Assembly: GCA_943331445.1 (NCBI GenBank)
Contig: CALQLO010000003.1
Coordinates: 66,173-130,172, forward strand
From: Akkermansia muciniphila
Lineage (GTDB): Bacteria; Verrucomicrobiota; Verrucomicrobiia; Opitutales; UBA953
Direction of reading: 5' to 3'
Length of the DNA stretch: 64,000 nucleotides
The notes under the pieces are model-generated. The model was not told the DNA's origin, did not search any database, and saw nothing but the letters and a program-made list of their open reading frames with translations. This document shows positions 17,272-27,933 of this stretch, piece by piece; the first letter of the stretch is position 1, and every line of letters begins with the position of its first letter. The position numbers were made by a program, and so were the translations under genes.

Positions 17272-18033
17272 ATGAAGCACACCCTCACCGCCCTCGCCCT
17301 CGCCGCTTTTGCTGCCGGCGCCTCCGCCCAAAATGCCCCGGCTCCCGTCGCCGCCGCTAACACCGACATCGCCGTCCGTGGCAGCGTCTCTTGGAACGGC
17401 AAGAATGTCTTCCGTGGCATCGATCGCTCGGATACCGCCGGTCTCGTACAGTCGGCCGTCACCATCGAATACAACATCCCTGGCTTCACCGGCGTCTCGG
17501 CTTACCTCAACTTCTTCAATGCAGATGGCGTTGAGCGCACTTACACCCTTGGTGCCAAGACCGATTCGCCCTTCGGCACTCTTGATGTCGGCATCCAGCG
17601 CCTGACTTCGCCCTCCGTCCGCACCCTCGCTTCCGACGGCTTCACGCAGCTCCGCTCCAATAATGAAGTCTACGTTGGCACGACCCTGTCCACCGTCGCT
17701 TTCAAGCCTTCGGCTTACGTCTACTACAGCAGCGACCTCAAGCAGTACACGCTCGAGCTCGCCGGCTCCAAGAGCTTCGCTGGTTCTAGCGTCGGTCTTT
17801 CGGGCTTCGACATCGTCACCAAGGTTTACGGCGGCTACAGCAACGCCTCGGCCAGCGCTTACGACGTTAAGAACGCCTACGAGTACCTCGGTGCCTCCGC
17901 TGACCTCACCCGCGCCGTCGGCCAGGGTGCCGTGTTAGGTGCCGGCGTGAATTGGGCCTATAACACCGATGGCCGCGCCCTAACCGCTGGTTCTTCGGCC
18001 TGGGTTCGCGTTTTCGCTAACTTCAAGTTCTAA
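17272..18033 (+). CDS. Putative outer-membrane beta-barrel protein, TorF/Gcw_chp-like porin
   Basis: It has a signal peptide (MKHTLTALALAAFAAGASAQ) and the early block SWNGKNVFRGIDRSD. The sequence shows an alternating beta pattern and ends in an aromatic residue (...ANFKF). ATG at 17272. Confidence 0.55.
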   Translation: MKHTLTALALAAFAAGASAQNAPAPVAAANTDIAVRGSVSWNGKNVFRGIDRSDTAGLVQSAVTIEYNIPGFTGVSAYLNFFNADGVERTYTLGAKTDSPFGTLDVGIQRLTSPSVRTLASDGFTQLRSNNEVYVGTTLSTVAFKPSAYVYYSSDLKQYTLELAGSKSFAGSSVGLSGFDIVTKVYGGYSNASASAYDVKNAYEYLGASADLTRAVGQGAVLGAGVNWAYNTDGRALTAGSSAWVRVFANFKF

Positions 18034-18061
18034 GCCCTCCCTTATAAGGGGACGGTAATCC

Positions 18062-18097
18062 GGGAGGCGCAGTTTAGGCTGCGCCTCCCTTATTTTT
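18062..18097 (+). terminator. Rho-independent terminator after the porin gene
   Basis: GGGAGGCGCAG-tttagg-CTGCGCCTCCC followed by ttattttt. Confidence 0.8.
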
Positions 18098-18182
18098 GGC
18101 TTATTTTGCCCATACCTCCCTACGGGTGTATTCGAGTGTTGACGGAGGGGGGTCCTTTCTCATGTTCCCGCTTTCCCTCTTT

Positions 18183-18614
18183 ATGAAGACCACGCTAGCC
18201 AAGAACGTGCAGCTCAAGGACAAGACCTGGTATGTCGTTGACGCCAAGGACCAAGTCCTGGGCCGTATTGCCGTCAAAATCGCCAACATTCTCCGCGGCC
18301 GCCACAAGCCCACCTACACCCCCCACGTCGACACGGGTGACTACGTCATCGTGATCAACGCCGACAAGGTGCGCCTCACCGGCTCTAAGGAAGAGGACAA
18401 GACGTACATGTTCTTCACTGGCTGGGTGGGTACCGCCTACCGTCGCACGGCTGCCGCCATGCGCACCCGTCGCCCTGAGTTCTTGGTCACCCACGCCGTC
18501 AAGGGCATGCTCCCCAAGAACCGCCTCGCCAATGACATGCTCCTTAAGCTGCGCGTCTACGCCGGCGACAAGCACGAGCACGCCGCTTCCAACCCGATCC
18601 CGTTCAAGGGTTAA
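18183..18614 (+). CDS. rplM: 50S ribosomal protein L13
   Basis: MKTTLAKNVQLKDKTWYVVDAKDQVLGRIA...RGRHKPTYTPHVDTGDYVIVINA. ATG at 18183. Confidence 0.95.
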   Translation: MKTTLAKNVQLKDKTWYVVDAKDQVLGRIAVKIANILRGRHKPTYTPHVDTGDYVIVINADKVRLTGSKEEDKTYMFFTGWVGTAYRRTAAAMRTRRPEFLVTHAVKGMLPKNRLANDMLLKLRVYAGDKHEHAASNPIPFKG

Positions 18615-18632
18615 TCTATCGTCCTCTTTGCA

Positions 18633-19031
18633 ATGAGCGCCAAGTCCCCCGCCATCACCGCCGTCGGCCGTCGCAAGACCGCTTCGGCCCGCGTCCGCCT
18701 TACCCGCGGCACCGGCACCATGTCCATCAACGGCAAGCCCGCTGAGGAGTACCTCTACACCGAGGCCCTCGTTAAGGCTGCGACGTTGCCTATCCGCACT
18801 GCTGGCCTCGAGGGTCAGGTGGATGTCATTGTCCTCGTCATCGGCGGTGGCCCTAACGGTCAGGCCGGCGCCATCTCCCACGGCCTCGCCCGCGCGATCC
18901 AGAAGATGGATGCCACCCTGCGTGCCCCTCTCAAGAAAGAAGGCCTCCTTACCCGCGACGGTCGTATGCGCGAACGTAAGAAGCCCGGCCGTCCTGGTGC
19001 CCGTAAGCGTTTCCAGTTCTCCAAGCGTTAA
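18633..19031 (+). CDS. rpsI: 30S ribosomal protein S9
   Basis: Contains GRRKTASARV and ends RERKKPGRPGARKRFQFSKR. Confidence 0.95.
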   Translation: MSAKSPAITAVGRRKTASARVRLTRGTGTMSINGKPAEEYLYTEALVKAATLPIRTAGLEGQVDVIVLVIGGGPNGQAGAISHGLARAIQKMDATLRAPLKKEGLLTRDGRMRERKKPGRPGARKRFQFSKR

Positions 19032-19057
19032 TCCGCGACGAGACAGGAACCCACGAA

Positions 19058-19082
19058 GGCCCCGGCACCCCGGGGCCTTTTT
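19058..19082 (+). terminator. Rho-independent terminator after rpsI
   Basis: GGCCCCGG-cacc-CCGGGGCC followed by TTTTT. Confidence 0.8.
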
Positions 19083-19142
19083 GTTGCCCAGTTTTCTGTG
19101 TCCTTTCATCCATTCGTCATCTAATAACCACACACTCAAGCC

Positions 19143-20192
19143 ATGTCCCAAAACCTGACCAAGGTCGGCATTGTCGGAGCCTCGGGCTACACCGGGGAAG
19201 AGCTCGTGCGCGTGCTCGCCCGGCATCCCCGGGTGAAGCTGGCCGCCGTCTGCTCCCGCACGCTCGCCGGCAAACTCGTCGCCGATGAGATTCCGCGCCT
19301 GCGCGGAGTCGTGGAGGCTACCCTGACTTTCTCGGCCTCTTCGCCCGAAGAGTGCGCAAAGTCCGACGTGGAAGTTTGGTTCCTTGCCTTACCGCACGGC
19401 GTCGCCGCCGAATATGCCCAGCCACTGGTGGCCGCCGGCAAGCGGGTGCTTGATTTATCCGCGGACTTCCGTCTGCGCGACCTGGCTAACTACAAAAAGT
19501 ATTACGGACACGATCATCCAGCGCCGGCCCTCGCCGCGCAGGCTTTTTACGTCATTCCTGAATTGCAGACGGGCGATGCTTGGAAGTCCGCGAAGCTGAT
19601 TGCCTGCCCGGGCTGCTATCCGACGAGCATCCAGATTCCGATGGTCCCGCTCTTGCGCGCCGGCCTGATTAAGCCCGAGCCAGGGCGGCTTGTCATCAAC
19701 TCGTACAGTGGTGTCTCCGGGGCCGGCAAGAAGGCCGAGGTCGGCCTGCTCTTCTCGGAGCGGGATAGCTCGATGAAGGCCTACGGCATTCCTGGCCACC
19801 GGCATATCGCCGAGATCGAAGAGGCATTCTCGGCCGCGGCGGGTCAGCCGGTCGTGATTCAATTTAATCCGCATCTTGCGCCCATGCACCGGGGGATTGC
19901 CACGACGATTGTGGTGCCTGCCGCGGGGGTGACGGTCGCGCAAGTTGAGGCCGTATGGCAGCAGGCCTACGCGGGTCGGCCGTTTGTGACGTTGCTCAAG
20001 TCGGGCGACTTCCCAGACACCGCGCATGTCGCCAATACCAATCGGGTGGCCTGTTCCGTCGTCGCCGATGCGCGCACGGGCAATCTCATTATTACCTCAG
20101 TCATTGATAATCTCCTCAAGGGCGCTGGCGGTCAGGCCGTTCAGAATCTGAATCTCATGATGGGCTGGGGTGAGGCTGAAGGGCTCCGTTAA
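19143..20192 (+). CDS. argC: N-acetyl-gamma-glutamyl-phosphate reductase
   Basis: VGIVGASGYTGEEL with active-site block ACPGCYPTS. Confidence 0.93.
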   Translation: MSQNLTKVGIVGASGYTGEELVRVLARHPRVKLAAVCSRTLAGKLVADEIPRLRGVVEATLTFSASSPEECAKSDVEVWFLALPHGVAAEYAQPLVAAGKRVLDLSADFRLRDLANYKKYYGHDHPAPALAAQAFYVIPELQTGDAWKSAKLIACPGCYPTSIQIPMVPLLRAGLIKPEPGRLVINSYSGVSGAGKKAEVGLLFSERDSSMKAYGIPGHRHIAEIEEAFSAAAGQPVVIQFNPHLAPMHRGIATTIVVPAAGVTVAQVEAVWQQAYAGRPFVTLLKSGDFPDTAHVANTNRVACSVVADARTGNLIITSVIDNLLKGAGGQAVQNLNLMMGWGEAEGLR

Positions 20193-20197
20193 TTTTC

Positions 20198-21427
20198 ATG
20201 TCCATCGAATTCACCAATGATTCGCCCGGGATTTCCGACGTCCCTGGCTTCCGGGTCGGCGCGGCCGCCTGTGATATCCGCAATAAAGGCACAGACCGTC
20301 TCGATCTGACGCTCGTGGTCGCTGATCAGCCGTGCGCGGCCGCCGGCGTTTTCACCACCAACGATGTGAAGGCTGCGCCCGTCCGGTTCTGCCAACAGGT
20401 CTTAGCCGTCTCGGCGGATAAAATTCGCGGCATCGTCGGCAACAGCGGCAACGCCAACGCCTGCACCTCGCAGCAGGGCGATACCGATACCGTGGCGATG
20501 GCTAGGCTGGCGGCGGCCGCGGTCGGCCCCGGCGGGGATCAATTCCTGGTTTGCTCGACGGGTCGCATCGGCGAACTGCTCCCGATGGCCAAGATTGCCG
20601 AAGGTATTAAAATCTCAGCTGTGCGGCTTTCCCGTGATGCGGCCGAGGGCGTGCGTTCCGCTAACGCTATCCTGACTTCCGACACGCGGCCTAAGTCGGT
20701 GACGGCACGTTTCTCGTGGCAGGGAAAGACGGTCACGATTGCTGGCATCGCGAAGGGTGCCGGCATGATTGAGCCGAATATGGCCACGATGCTTGCTTTT
20801 GTGTGCACGGATGCGGCCGCTTTGCCGGCCGAACTTAAATCCGCGCTCAAGGCTGCCTCCGACCAGTCCTTTAACTGCGTCAGTGTGGATGGCGACATGT
20901 CGACCAATGATACGGTGTTGCTGCTCGCTTCCGGCGTTTCCGGGGTCGCCGTGGGCGCCTCCGCCGAGCCGGCCCTCCGCCAACTTTTCCAAGAGGCGCT
21001 CGACAAGGTCTGCTTTGCTCTGGCTGAGAAGATTGTCGGCGATGGGGAGAAAATCACTAAGGTCGTCGCCGTCGAAGTTGAGGGTGCCCGTACCCGGGCC
21101 GATGCGGAAAAGATCGCCCGCGCCATCGGCAACTCGCTCTTGGTGAAATCCTCCTGGTATGGCGAAGATCCGAACTGGGGACGACTGGCGGACGCCGCCG
21201 GCTACGCCCGGACCGGCTTAGATGAGTCTAAACTCGATATTTTTTACGACGACGTCCCCGCCGTGCTCGGCGGCAAGCCGCTCCCGGAGAACAAGCCCCA
21301 GTGGAAACAGGTGGTGAAGGCCGCTCGTTTCGCCGTCCGGTTGAAGCTCAATCTGGGCGAAGCCAAGTTCCGGCTTCTGGCCGCTGACCTCACCGACGGG
21401 TATGTTAATTACAACAAAAGCGAGTAA
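20198..21427 (+). CDS. argJ: Bifunctional glutamate N-acetyltransferase / amino-acid acetyltransferase
   Basis: Autoprocessing site [14 protein letters not shown], in arg cluster context. Confidence 0.93.
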   Translation: MSIEFTNDSPGISDVPGFRVGAAACDIRNKGTDRLDLTLVVADQPCAAAGVFTTNDVKAAPVRFCQQVLAVSADKIRGIVGNSGNANACTSQQGDTDTVAMARLAAAAVGPGGDQFLVCSTGRIGELLPMAKIAEGIKISAVRLSRDAAEGVRSANAILTSDTRPKSVTARFSWQGKTVTIAGIAKGAGMIEPNMATMLAFVCTDAAALPAELKSALKAASDQSFNCVSVDGDMSTNDTVLLLASGVSGVAVGASAEPALRQLFQEALDKVCFALAEKIVGDGEKITKVVAVEVEGARTRADAEKIARAIGNSLLVKSSWYGEDPNWGRLADAAGYARTGLDESKLDIFYDDVPAVLGGKPLPENKPQWKQVVKAARFAVRLKLNLGEAKFRLLAADLTDGYVNYNKSE

Positions 21428-21477
21428 GGTTTTCCGTTTACTCTGCCGACCGTAGTCCCGACACTTCGCACCGAAAG

Positions 21478-22359
21478 ATGAGCACACCCGCCGCGCAAAA
21501 AGCCGAGGTCCTTCTCGAGGCGCTTCCCTATATCCACAAGTTCCGTGGCTCCACCTTTGTGGTGAAGTACGGCGGTAGCTTTATGGATGACCCGAATCCC
21601 GAGGGACGCGATCGGGTCGCCACAGACATCGCTTTCTTGGCGGCCGTCGGCATTCAGGTCGTCGTCGTCCACGGGGGCGGTAAGGCCATTACGCGGGCCA
21701 TGGACAAAGCGGGTATTAAATCCGAATTCCGGGGCGGCATGCGCGTCACGGATGCCGCGACCGTGAAGATTGTGGAGGAAACCCTTAATGTGGAAATCAA
21801 CGGGCAGATTTGCGAATCGCTGAAGGCCCGGGGGGGCAATCCGCTCGGCATGCCGGGCAACCACGTCAACCTTTGTGAGAAGCTCATGGGCACCGACGAA
21901 AAGGGTGAGCCCGTCGATATTGGCTTTGTTGGCGATATCAAGTTCGTGAAGACGAAGCTGATTAAGAAGGCCCTCGCCGACGGCTTTCTGCCGGTCGTCT
22001 CCCCCATCGCCCTCGACGCGGAGGATCATCCTTACAATACGAACGCCGATGTCGCCGCCGCCGCCGTGGCACATTCGCTGCGGGCCCGCCGGCTGATTTT
22101 CATGAGTGACGTCCCCGGTCTGTTGGCTGACGCCAAGGACCCCGCCTCGCTCATCACCACGCTTAAGGTGAGTGAAGTCGATGAGCTTAAGAAGAAGGGT
22201 GTGATCGCCGGCGGGATGATCCCTAAGGTCGATAGCGCCGTGAAGGCCCTGAAAGAAGGGGTGCGCCGCGTGCACTTCATTGATGGCCGCGTGCCCCATG
22301 CCTTGCTGCTCGAAGTCTTTACCGACAAGGGCATCGGCACGGAAATCATTCACGGTTAA
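21478..22359 (+). CDS. argB: Acetylglutamate kinase
   Basis: [10 protein letters not shown] and VVVVHGGG. The stop overlaps the argD ATG (TAATG). Confidence 0.93.
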   Translation: MSTPAAQKAEVLLEALPYIHKFRGSTFVVKYGGSFMDDPNPEGRDRVATDIAFLAAVGIQVVVVHGGGKAITRAMDKAGIKSEFRGGMRVTDAATVKIVEETLNVEINGQICESLKARGGNPLGMPGNHVNLCEKLMGTDEKGEPVDIGFVGDIKFVKTKLIKKALADGFLPVVSPIALDAEDHPYNTNADVAAAAVAHSLRARRLIFMSDVPGLLADAKDPASLITTLKVSEVDELKKKGVIAGGMIPKVDSAVKALKEGVRRVHFIDGRVPHALLLEVFTDKGIGTEIIHG

Positions 22360-23579
22360 TGAGTGGGCTCACTCCAGATTCCGCCGCTGGGAACTACGCG
22401 GCCAATGTCGCCCATAATTATGGCGCTCCGCCCATCACCTTAGTGAAAGGGCAGGGGGCTTATGTCTGGGATGTGGCCGGTAAGCGTTACCTTGATTTTG
22501 CCGCTGGAATCGCGGTCAACTCCGTCGGGCATGCCCACCCGCACTGGGTTAAGCGCGTCACCGAACAGGCCAGCAAACTCGTCCATGTCAGCAATCTTTA
22601 CCGGAACGAGCCGCAGGGTGAACTCGCCCACGCCCTGTCGCTCCGTTGCGGGCCAGGTCGCGTCATCTTTTGCAATAGTGGTGCTGAGGCTAATGAAGGG
22701 CTACTCAAGCTCGCCCGTCTGCATGGCCAGCGTAAGTCTGGCACCGAGGGTGCCTGCATTGGCGTAGTCGTCGCGGAGAAGGCCTTTCATGGTCGCACCT
22801 TCGGAGGGATGTCCGCCACCCCTCAGGAGAAAATTCAGAAAGGTTTCCGTCCGTTGCTCTCTGGCTTCACCACGGCGCCGCTCAACGATCTTGCGGCCTG
22901 GGATAAGGCCATTGACGCTCAGACCACCGCCGCAGTCTTGATTGAATCGATCCAAGGCGAAGGTGGCGTGAATCCCGCGACCCCAGCCTTCCTTCAAGGC
23001 CTCGAGAAAATCTGCCGAGAGCGGAACGTACTCCTGATGATCGATGAAATTCAGTGCGGCATCGGCCGGACCGGAAAGTTCTTCGCCTATGAGTTTGCAG
23101 GGGTGAAGCCTGATGCGATTGCCATGGCCAAGGGCCTCGGCGGCGGTTTCCCCATCGGCGCAATCTGGATGGCTCCGCCGCACGACGACCTTTTCCAGGC
23201 AGGCTCGCATGGTACGACTTTCGGTGGCGGCCCGCTCGCGGCCACCGCTGGGCTGGCTGTCCTCGAAATCATCGAAGCCGAACAGCTCATCGCGAAGGTC
23301 GCCCGTCAGTCGATCGGTTGGCACGCGGAGCTGCGCAAGCTCATCGAACTGCGCCCCGACCTAGTGAAGGAAGTTCGTGGTGCCGGCTACATGGTCGGCG
23401 TGATTCTCTCCATCGACCCCGTTCCCGTGGTCACCGCCTTGCGTGATGCGGGGATGTTGACCGCACCGGCTGGTGGCGTCGCCGTCCGCTTGCTGCCCCC
23501 GCTCAACGCCTCTCCAGAGGAGTTGGCCGAATCGGTGGCGATCCTGCGTCAGGTGCTTGTCGGCTGGAAGGCCGCTTAG
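22359..23579 (+). CDS. argD: Acetylornithine aminotransferase
   Basis: Class-III aminotransferase with FCNSGAEANE, LMIDEIQCGIGRTG and PLP-Lys block AMAKGLGGG. Confidence 0.9.
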   Translation: MSGLTPDSAAGNYAANVAHNYGAPPITLVKGQGAYVWDVAGKRYLDFAAGIAVNSVGHAHPHWVKRVTEQASKLVHVSNLYRNEPQGELAHALSLRCGPGRVIFCNSGAEANEGLLKLARLHGQRKSGTEGACIGVVVAEKAFHGRTFGGMSATPQEKIQKGFRPLLSGFTTAPLNDLAAWDKAIDAQTTAAVLIESIQGEGGVNPATPAFLQGLEKICRERNVLLMIDEIQCGIGRTGKFFAYEFAGVKPDAIAMAKGLGGGFPIGAIWMAPPHDDLFQAGSHGTTFGGGPLAATAGLAVLEIIEAEQLIAKVARQSIGWHAELRKLIELRPDLVKEVRGAGYMVGVILSIDPVPVVTALRDAGMLTAPAGGVAVRLLPPLNASPEELAESVAILRQVLVGWKAA

Positions 23580-23646
23580 GCGGTTTTCTCCCTTATTTTC
23601 CTCTGTCCAAACGGTGCTGGAGGCTTATGTTCAAACGCTTTCCGAG

Positions 23647-24594
23647 ATGCGTCATTTCCTGAAGGAGACCGATCTGACTATGGCCGAAACGGCTCAGGTC
23701 TTCGCCGCCGCGGCCGCACTCAAGGCTGGGCGCGGCAAGTCTGACGCGACGGCGTTGGCTCGTCAGTCATGGGGCCTCATGTTTTTCAAGAAAAGCACCC
23801 GCACCCGCGTTTCCTTTCAGGTCGGCGTTCACGAACTCGGCGGCATGCCGGTGATGCTCAATGCTGATGACCTGCAGATTTCCCGCGGAGAGACGGTCGC
23901 GGACACCGCGCGTGTTCTTTCGCGCTATCTGCATGGCATGGTGATTCGTTGTCACGAGCACAGCCTACTCGAGGAGTTTGCTCGATGTGGCACGATGCCG
24001 GTGGTTAACGCGCTTTCGGATTTCCTCCATCCGTGTCAGTTCATGACGGATATGTTCACCTTGGCGGAGCGCTTCTCCCCGGGTCGCCCGGAGCAGTACG
24101 CTGCATCATTAAAGGGCAAGAAAGTCGCCTTCCTCGGTGATACCGCCTGCAATATGGCCAACTCATTTGTGCTCGGTGGCGCCGCTCTCGGCGTCGAAAT
24201 CGCCCTCGCTGGTCCAGCTGGCTATGAGCCTGGCGCTGAAATCCGTGCCCAGTTGAAGAAGGATGGCCTCAATGAGACTTTCACGTTCTCCACGGACCCT
24301 GCGGTGGCCGTGAAGGGTGCGGATATGGTCTACACCGACGTATGGGTGAGCATGGGCATGGAGGCCGAGAAGGCTGAACGCCTGCGCACGATGCAGCCTT
24401 ATCAGGTCAATTCGAAGCTGATGGCCTTGGCCAAGCCGGGCGCCTACTTCATGCATTGCCTTCCTGCCCATCCCGGGGAGGAAGTCTCCGCCGAGGTGCT
24501 TGAGAGCAAGCAGAGCATCATCTTCGACCAAGCGGAGAATCGGCTCCATGTGCAGAAGGCCATCCTCGCCCACCTCGCCGCCCATCGCGGTTAA
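23647..24594 (+). CDS. argF: Ornithine carbamoyltransferase
   Basis: KKSTRTRVSF, HPCQ, DVWVSMG and HCLPAH. The ATG at 23647 was chosen; the track start at 23473 overlaps argD. Confidence 0.9.
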   Translation: MRHFLKETDLTMAETAQVFAAAAALKAGRGKSDATALARQSWGLMFFKKSTRTRVSFQVGVHELGGMPVMLNADDLQISRGETVADTARVLSRYLHGMVIRCHEHSLLEEFARCGTMPVVNALSDFLHPCQFMTDMFTLAERFSPGRPEQYAASLKGKKVAFLGDTACNMANSFVLGGAALGVEIALAGPAGYEPGAEIRAQLKKDGLNETFTFSTDPAVAVKGADMVYTDVWVSMGMEAEKAERLRTMQPYQVNSKLMALAKPGAYFMHCLPAHPGEEVSAEVLESKQSIIFDQAENRLHVQKAILAHLAAHRG

Positions 24595-24609
24595 TTTTCC
24601 CATACACAC

Positions 24610-25866
24610 ATGAGCAAGCAGAAGAAAATCGTCCTGGCCTACTCCGGTGGCCTCGATACCTCCGTCCTCCTTTCCTGGATCAAGGAAAAGCATAACGCCG
24701 AGATGATCGCGTTCTGCGCCGATATTGGCCAGGAAGACGAACTCAAGGGCCTGAAGCAGAAGGCGATGAAGACCGGGGCCTCCAAACTCTACGTCGACGA
24801 CCTTCAGGCCGAGTTCTCCCGCGATTTCATCTTCCCGATGATGCAGGCGAGTGCCATCTATGAAGGCCAGTATTACCTCGGCACCTCCATTGCTCGTCCG
24901 CTCATCGCCAAGCGCATGGTGGAAATCGCCCGCAAGGAAGGCGCCACGGCCATCGCCCACGGCGCCACGGGCAAGGGCAATGACCAGGTCCGCTTTGAGC
25001 TGACCTGTGCCGCGCTCGCTCCGGATCTCGAGATTATCGCCCCTTGGCGCAACGAAGCCTTCCGCAAGGATTTTCCCGGTCGCGCTGAGATGATTGCGTA
25101 TTGCGCCGACAATAAGATCCCGGTCGAAGCCAGTGCTAAGAAGCCATACTCGTCCGACCGCAATCTCCTGCACATCTCCTACGAGGCCGGTATCCTCGAG
25201 GATCCCTGGATGGATGCTTTCCATCCCTCCAACAAGGCGATGTTCAAACTCTCCGTCGCCCCCGAAGATGCCCCCGATAAGCCAGAGTACGTTGAGCTCG
25301 AGTTCCGTCAGGGCGATTGCATCTCCGTCAATGGCAAGAAACTCGACCCTCTCGGCGTCATGCGCACCCTCAATAAGCTTGGCGGCCGTCACGGCGTCGG
25401 CCGCGTCGACATGGTTGAGAATCGCTTCGTCGGCATGAAGAGCCGTGGTGTCTATGAGACCCCGGGCGGCACCATCCTGCACTTCGCCCACCGCCAGATT
25501 GAGTCCCTGACCATGGACCGTGAGGTCATGCATCTGCGCGATTCGCTCGTCCCGCGCTACGCCACCCTCGTCTATAACGGTTTCTGGTATGCGCCGGAGC
25601 GGCTCGCCCTCCAGGCCTTGATCACCGAGTCGCAGCGAAATGTCTCCGGCACCGTCCGCGTGAAGCTCTACAAGGGCAGTGTGTACGTCGCCGGCCGCAA
25701 GAGCCCGCGTTCGCTCTACAACCCGCACATCGCCACGATGGAGGCCGATCCGACCAAGGCTTACAATCAGGACGACGCCACGGGCTTCATCCGTCTTAAT
25801 GGCCTGCGTCTGCGCGTGAACTCCAAGGTCAACGGTGTGGCCAATCTCAGCAAGACGGTCCGCTGA
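24610..25866 (+). CDS. argG: Argininosuccinate synthase
   Basis: [11 protein letters not shown] and [15 protein letters not shown]. Confidence 0.95.
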   Translation: MSKQKKIVLAYSGGLDTSVLLSWIKEKHNAEMIAFCADIGQEDELKGLKQKAMKTGASKLYVDDLQAEFSRDFIFPMMQASAIYEGQYYLGTSIARPLIAKRMVEIARKEGATAIAHGATGKGNDQVRFELTCAALAPDLEIIAPWRNEAFRKDFPGRAEMIAYCADNKIPVEASAKKPYSSDRNLLHISYEAGILEDPWMDAFHPSNKAMFKLSVAPEDAPDKPEYVELEFRQGDCISVNGKKLDPLGVMRTLNKLGGRHGVGRVDMVENRFVGMKSRGVYETPGGTILHFAHRQIESLTMDREVMHLRDSLVPRYATLVYNGFWYAPERLALQALITESQRNVSGTVRVKLYKGSVYVAGRKSPRSLYNPHIATMEADPTKAYNQDDATGFIRLNGLRLRVNSKVNGVANLSKTVR

Positions 25867-25885
25867 GCGGCGGGGTCAGTAAAGA

Positions 25886-25920
25886 AGAAGGGCGTCCCGG
25901 TTTGGGACGCCCTTCTTGTT
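25886..25920. terminator. Hairpin terminator between argG and tRNA-Cys (probably bidirectional)
   Basis: AGAAGGGCGTCCC-ggttt-GGGACGCCCTTCT forms a 13-bp stem with T-rich flanks on both strands. Confidence 0.65.
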
Positions 25921-25925
25921 TAAAC

Positions 25926-26000
25926 TGGAGGCGCGGGTCGGAATTGAACCGACGCATGGGGCTTTTGCAGAGCCCGGCCTTACCACTTGGCTACCGCGCC
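25926..26000 (-). tRNA. tRNA-Cys (anticodon GCA)
   Basis: The reverse complement reads GGCGCGGTAGCCAAGTGGTAAGGCCGGGCTCTGCAAAAGCCCCATGCGTCGGTTCAATTCCGACCCGCGCCTCCA. The anticodon loop is CTGCAAA, with discriminator U73 and an encoded CCA. Confidence 0.9.
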
Positions 26001-26100
26001 TGAAGACTGACTGGCACCCAAAATGCCCCCTTGGGGAGGGCGTTTCAAGGGTTTTGTGCATGGGCTTCCCTTTCGACGCTTTATCGCCTAATACCATGTC

Positions 26101-26595
26101 ATGCCTCAGCCCGTCCCACCTTTCCGCGTCGGCCTCGGCTACGATATTCATCCTTTGGCGGCTGGGCGTGCGTGTATCTTAGGCGGCGTCTTGATCCCTT
26201 CGGAGGTGGGCCCGGTCGGTCATTCCGATGCGGATGTCCTCCTGCATGCGGTGGCCGACGCTATTCTTGGCGGGGCTGGCCTGCGCGATATCGGCCATTA
26301 TTTCCCTAATACCGACGACGCCCTAAAGGGCCTAGATTCCGCCATGATTTTAAAGAAGGCCGTCGCCGAGGCCAAAGCCCTGGGCTGGTGGGTCGGTAAT
26401 GTGGACATTGTGTTGATTGCGGAACGCCCCAAAGTGCTCGCTCACGTGCCCGCTATCCGGGCTCGGGTGGCCGAAATCATCGGGATCGACCCCGCTCAGG
26501 TGGGAGTGAAGGCCACCACCAACGAGGGCATGGATGCCATCGGCCAAGGCAAGGCGCTGGCCGTCCAGGCGGTTTGTCTGCTTTTTAAGCCCTAA
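26101..26595 (+). CDS. ispF: 2-C-methyl-D-erythritol 2,4-cyclodiphosphate synthase
   Basis: FRVGLGYDIHPL and GHSDADVLLHAVADAILGA. Confidence 0.95.
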   Translation: MPQPVPPFRVGLGYDIHPLAAGRACILGGVLIPSEVGPVGHSDADVLLHAVADAILGGAGLRDIGHYFPNTDDALKGLDSAMILKKAVAEAKALGWWVGNVDIVLIAERPKVLAHVPAIRARVAEIIGIDPAQVGVKATTNEGMDAIGQGKALAVQAVCLLFKP

Positions 26596-26688
26596 AACCT
26601 GTCGTTTTCGACGGCTTGGGGGTTCGGGCTTGTCAATGGCTAGTGCAAAGCGAATACTGAACGACCCTTCAGTCCGAAGGGGTCACCT

Positions 26689-27123
26689 ATGGAAAAGACT
26701 CTTATCATCCTTAAGCCCGATTGCATGGAGCGTCGCCTCTGCGGCACCGTCTTGGCTCGCTTCGAGTCCGCTGGATTCGAGATCATGGCAAGCAAGATGG
26801 CCCGCCTGACGTCTGCCCAGCTCCGTGAGCATTACGCGCACGTCGCTGACAAGCCGTTCTACCCGGAAATCGAGGCCTTCATGTCCTCCCGCCCGGTGAT
26901 CGTTGCCGTTCTCGTTGGCGACAATGTCATTTCCCGCGTCCGTGAGTTACTCGGACCGACCAATTCTAAAGTGGCCCCTAAGGGCACCATCCGGGGCGAT
27001 TTCGGCACCGAGATGATGCGCAATGTTTGCCACGCCTCTGATAGTCCCGCTGCGGCGGAGGCTGAGGTTCGCCGTTTCTTCAGTTCTGACGAAGTCTTTG
27101 CCCCTGAGGCAAGCCGAGTCTGA
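26689..27123 (+). CDS. ndk: Nucleoside diphosphate kinase
   Basis: EKTLIILKPD, with catalytic His block NVCHASDS. Confidence 0.95.
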   Translation: MEKTLIILKPDCMERRLCGTVLARFESAGFEIMASKMARLTSAQLREHYAHVADKPFYPEIEAFMSSRPVIVAVLVGDNVISRVRELLGPTNSKVAPKGTIRGDFGTEMMRNVCHASDSPAAAEAEVRRFFSSDEVFAPEASRV

Positions 27124-27140
27124 CCCGAGGCATAGCACCA

Positions 27141-27181
27141 AAAATAAGCCCCGCAGTTCGCGCTGCGGGGCTTATCTTTTT
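27141..27181. terminator. Bidirectional Rho-independent terminator between ndk and the DUF4337-like gene
   Basis: aaaa-ATAAGCCCCGCAG-ttcgcg-CTGCGGGGCTTAT-cttttt. Confidence 0.8.
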
Positions 27182-27198
27182 ACGAGTATCGCGAAGGC

Positions 27199-27804
27199 TT
27201 ACTTCGCGGCCTTAGGGGCCTCCGCATGGACGGGCGCGACGGGCGGAGGGTTGAACTTCTCGTAGAGCGGCCAAGCGTAGGTGAGGAAGCCGACGCCGAT
27301 GGCCCCTGCACAGAGGCCAACAATCCAGAAAGACTGCTTCTTCATTAAGGCTGCGATGGCTGAGAGCATGATGGCGATTTGCAGGAACATGATCGCGAGG
27401 CCGAAGTTGCCGCCGCGTGCCTGGCTATAGGCGGCTTCGGCGTCGAGGTAGACGGCGTCCTTCATGATTTCGGCCTTCTCGCCCTTGTAGCGCTTGATTT
27501 CTTCGTCGGCCTTATCGATGGCCTTGCGGGCGATGGCTTTGGCTTCAGGGGCGGGCGTGCCGGCTTCGATCACCTTGATGATGGTGCTCTCGGTGTCTCG
27601 GGCGGTCTCTTTCAGGCTCTTGGCCTGGTAATAGGCCCACTTGTTCGAAGCACTGACCGTGGCTAGTTGGGTCTTTGTTGAGAAGCTTCCGCCCTTAAGG
27701 GTCGCGAAGGCGGCGCACACGGCGAGGAGGGTGGTGGAGAGGGCGACCCACTTGGTCCAAGCGTCGGGGGCGGGAGCAGGGGTGTCTTTTTTGGCTTCAG
27801 TCAT
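27199..27804 (-). CDS. DUF4337-like membrane protein (hypothetical)
   Basis: It reads MTEAKKDTPAPAPDAWTKWVALSTTLLAVCAAF...SNKWAYYQAKSLKE. It has an N-terminal TM, a long helix and two C-terminal TMs. ATG at 27804; the longer track ORF overlaps the serS leader. Confidence 0.55.
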   Translation of the reverse strand: MTEAKKDTPAPAPDAWTKWVALSTTLLAVCAAFATLKGGSFSTKTQLATVSASNKWAYYQAKSLKETARDTESTIIKVIEAGTPAPEAKAIARKAIDKADEEIKRYKGEKAEIMKDAVYLDAEAAYSQARGGNFGLAIMFLQIAIMLSAIAALMKKQSFWIVGLCAGAIGVGFLTYAWPLYEKFNPPPVAPVHAEAPKAAK

Positions 27805-27933
27805 GGTGATGTCTCTGGAAGCAAAGGTTTTCAGCCCTTGGCTCAATGCATTTCTTTCCCGAAAGCCCGCGCACCAAGGGTGCGCGATAATTCCCCGTTG
27901 CCCTCCGGCGGGGGGATTGGGCAAAGTCGGCCC

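Noticed and set aside
18195-19226. 343-aa minus-strand ORF across rplM-rpsI. Similar long shadow ORFs are 1444..2400(+), 3495..4664(+), 5706..6668(+), 21409..22353(-), 28126..28803(-), 30893..31744(-), 52531..53472(+) and 62255..63016(+).
   Set aside because: Each is antisense to, or an alternate frame of, a confidently identified housekeeping gene. All have the low-complexity composition of GC-rich non-coding frames.
24163-25728. 521-aa ORF on the minus strand.
   Set aside because: It is entirely antisense to argG, which has unmistakable motifs. Its composition (Gly/Ala/Arg/Leu/Asp-rich with no motifs) is typical of shadow ORFs in high-GC DNA.
19143-25866. The argC-J-B-D-F-G block as something unusual.
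   Set aside because: It is a standard contiguous arginine-biosynthesis cluster. argH and the regulator are simply outside it. There is nothing anomalous in the sequence apart from normal translational coupling (the TAATG at argB/argD).
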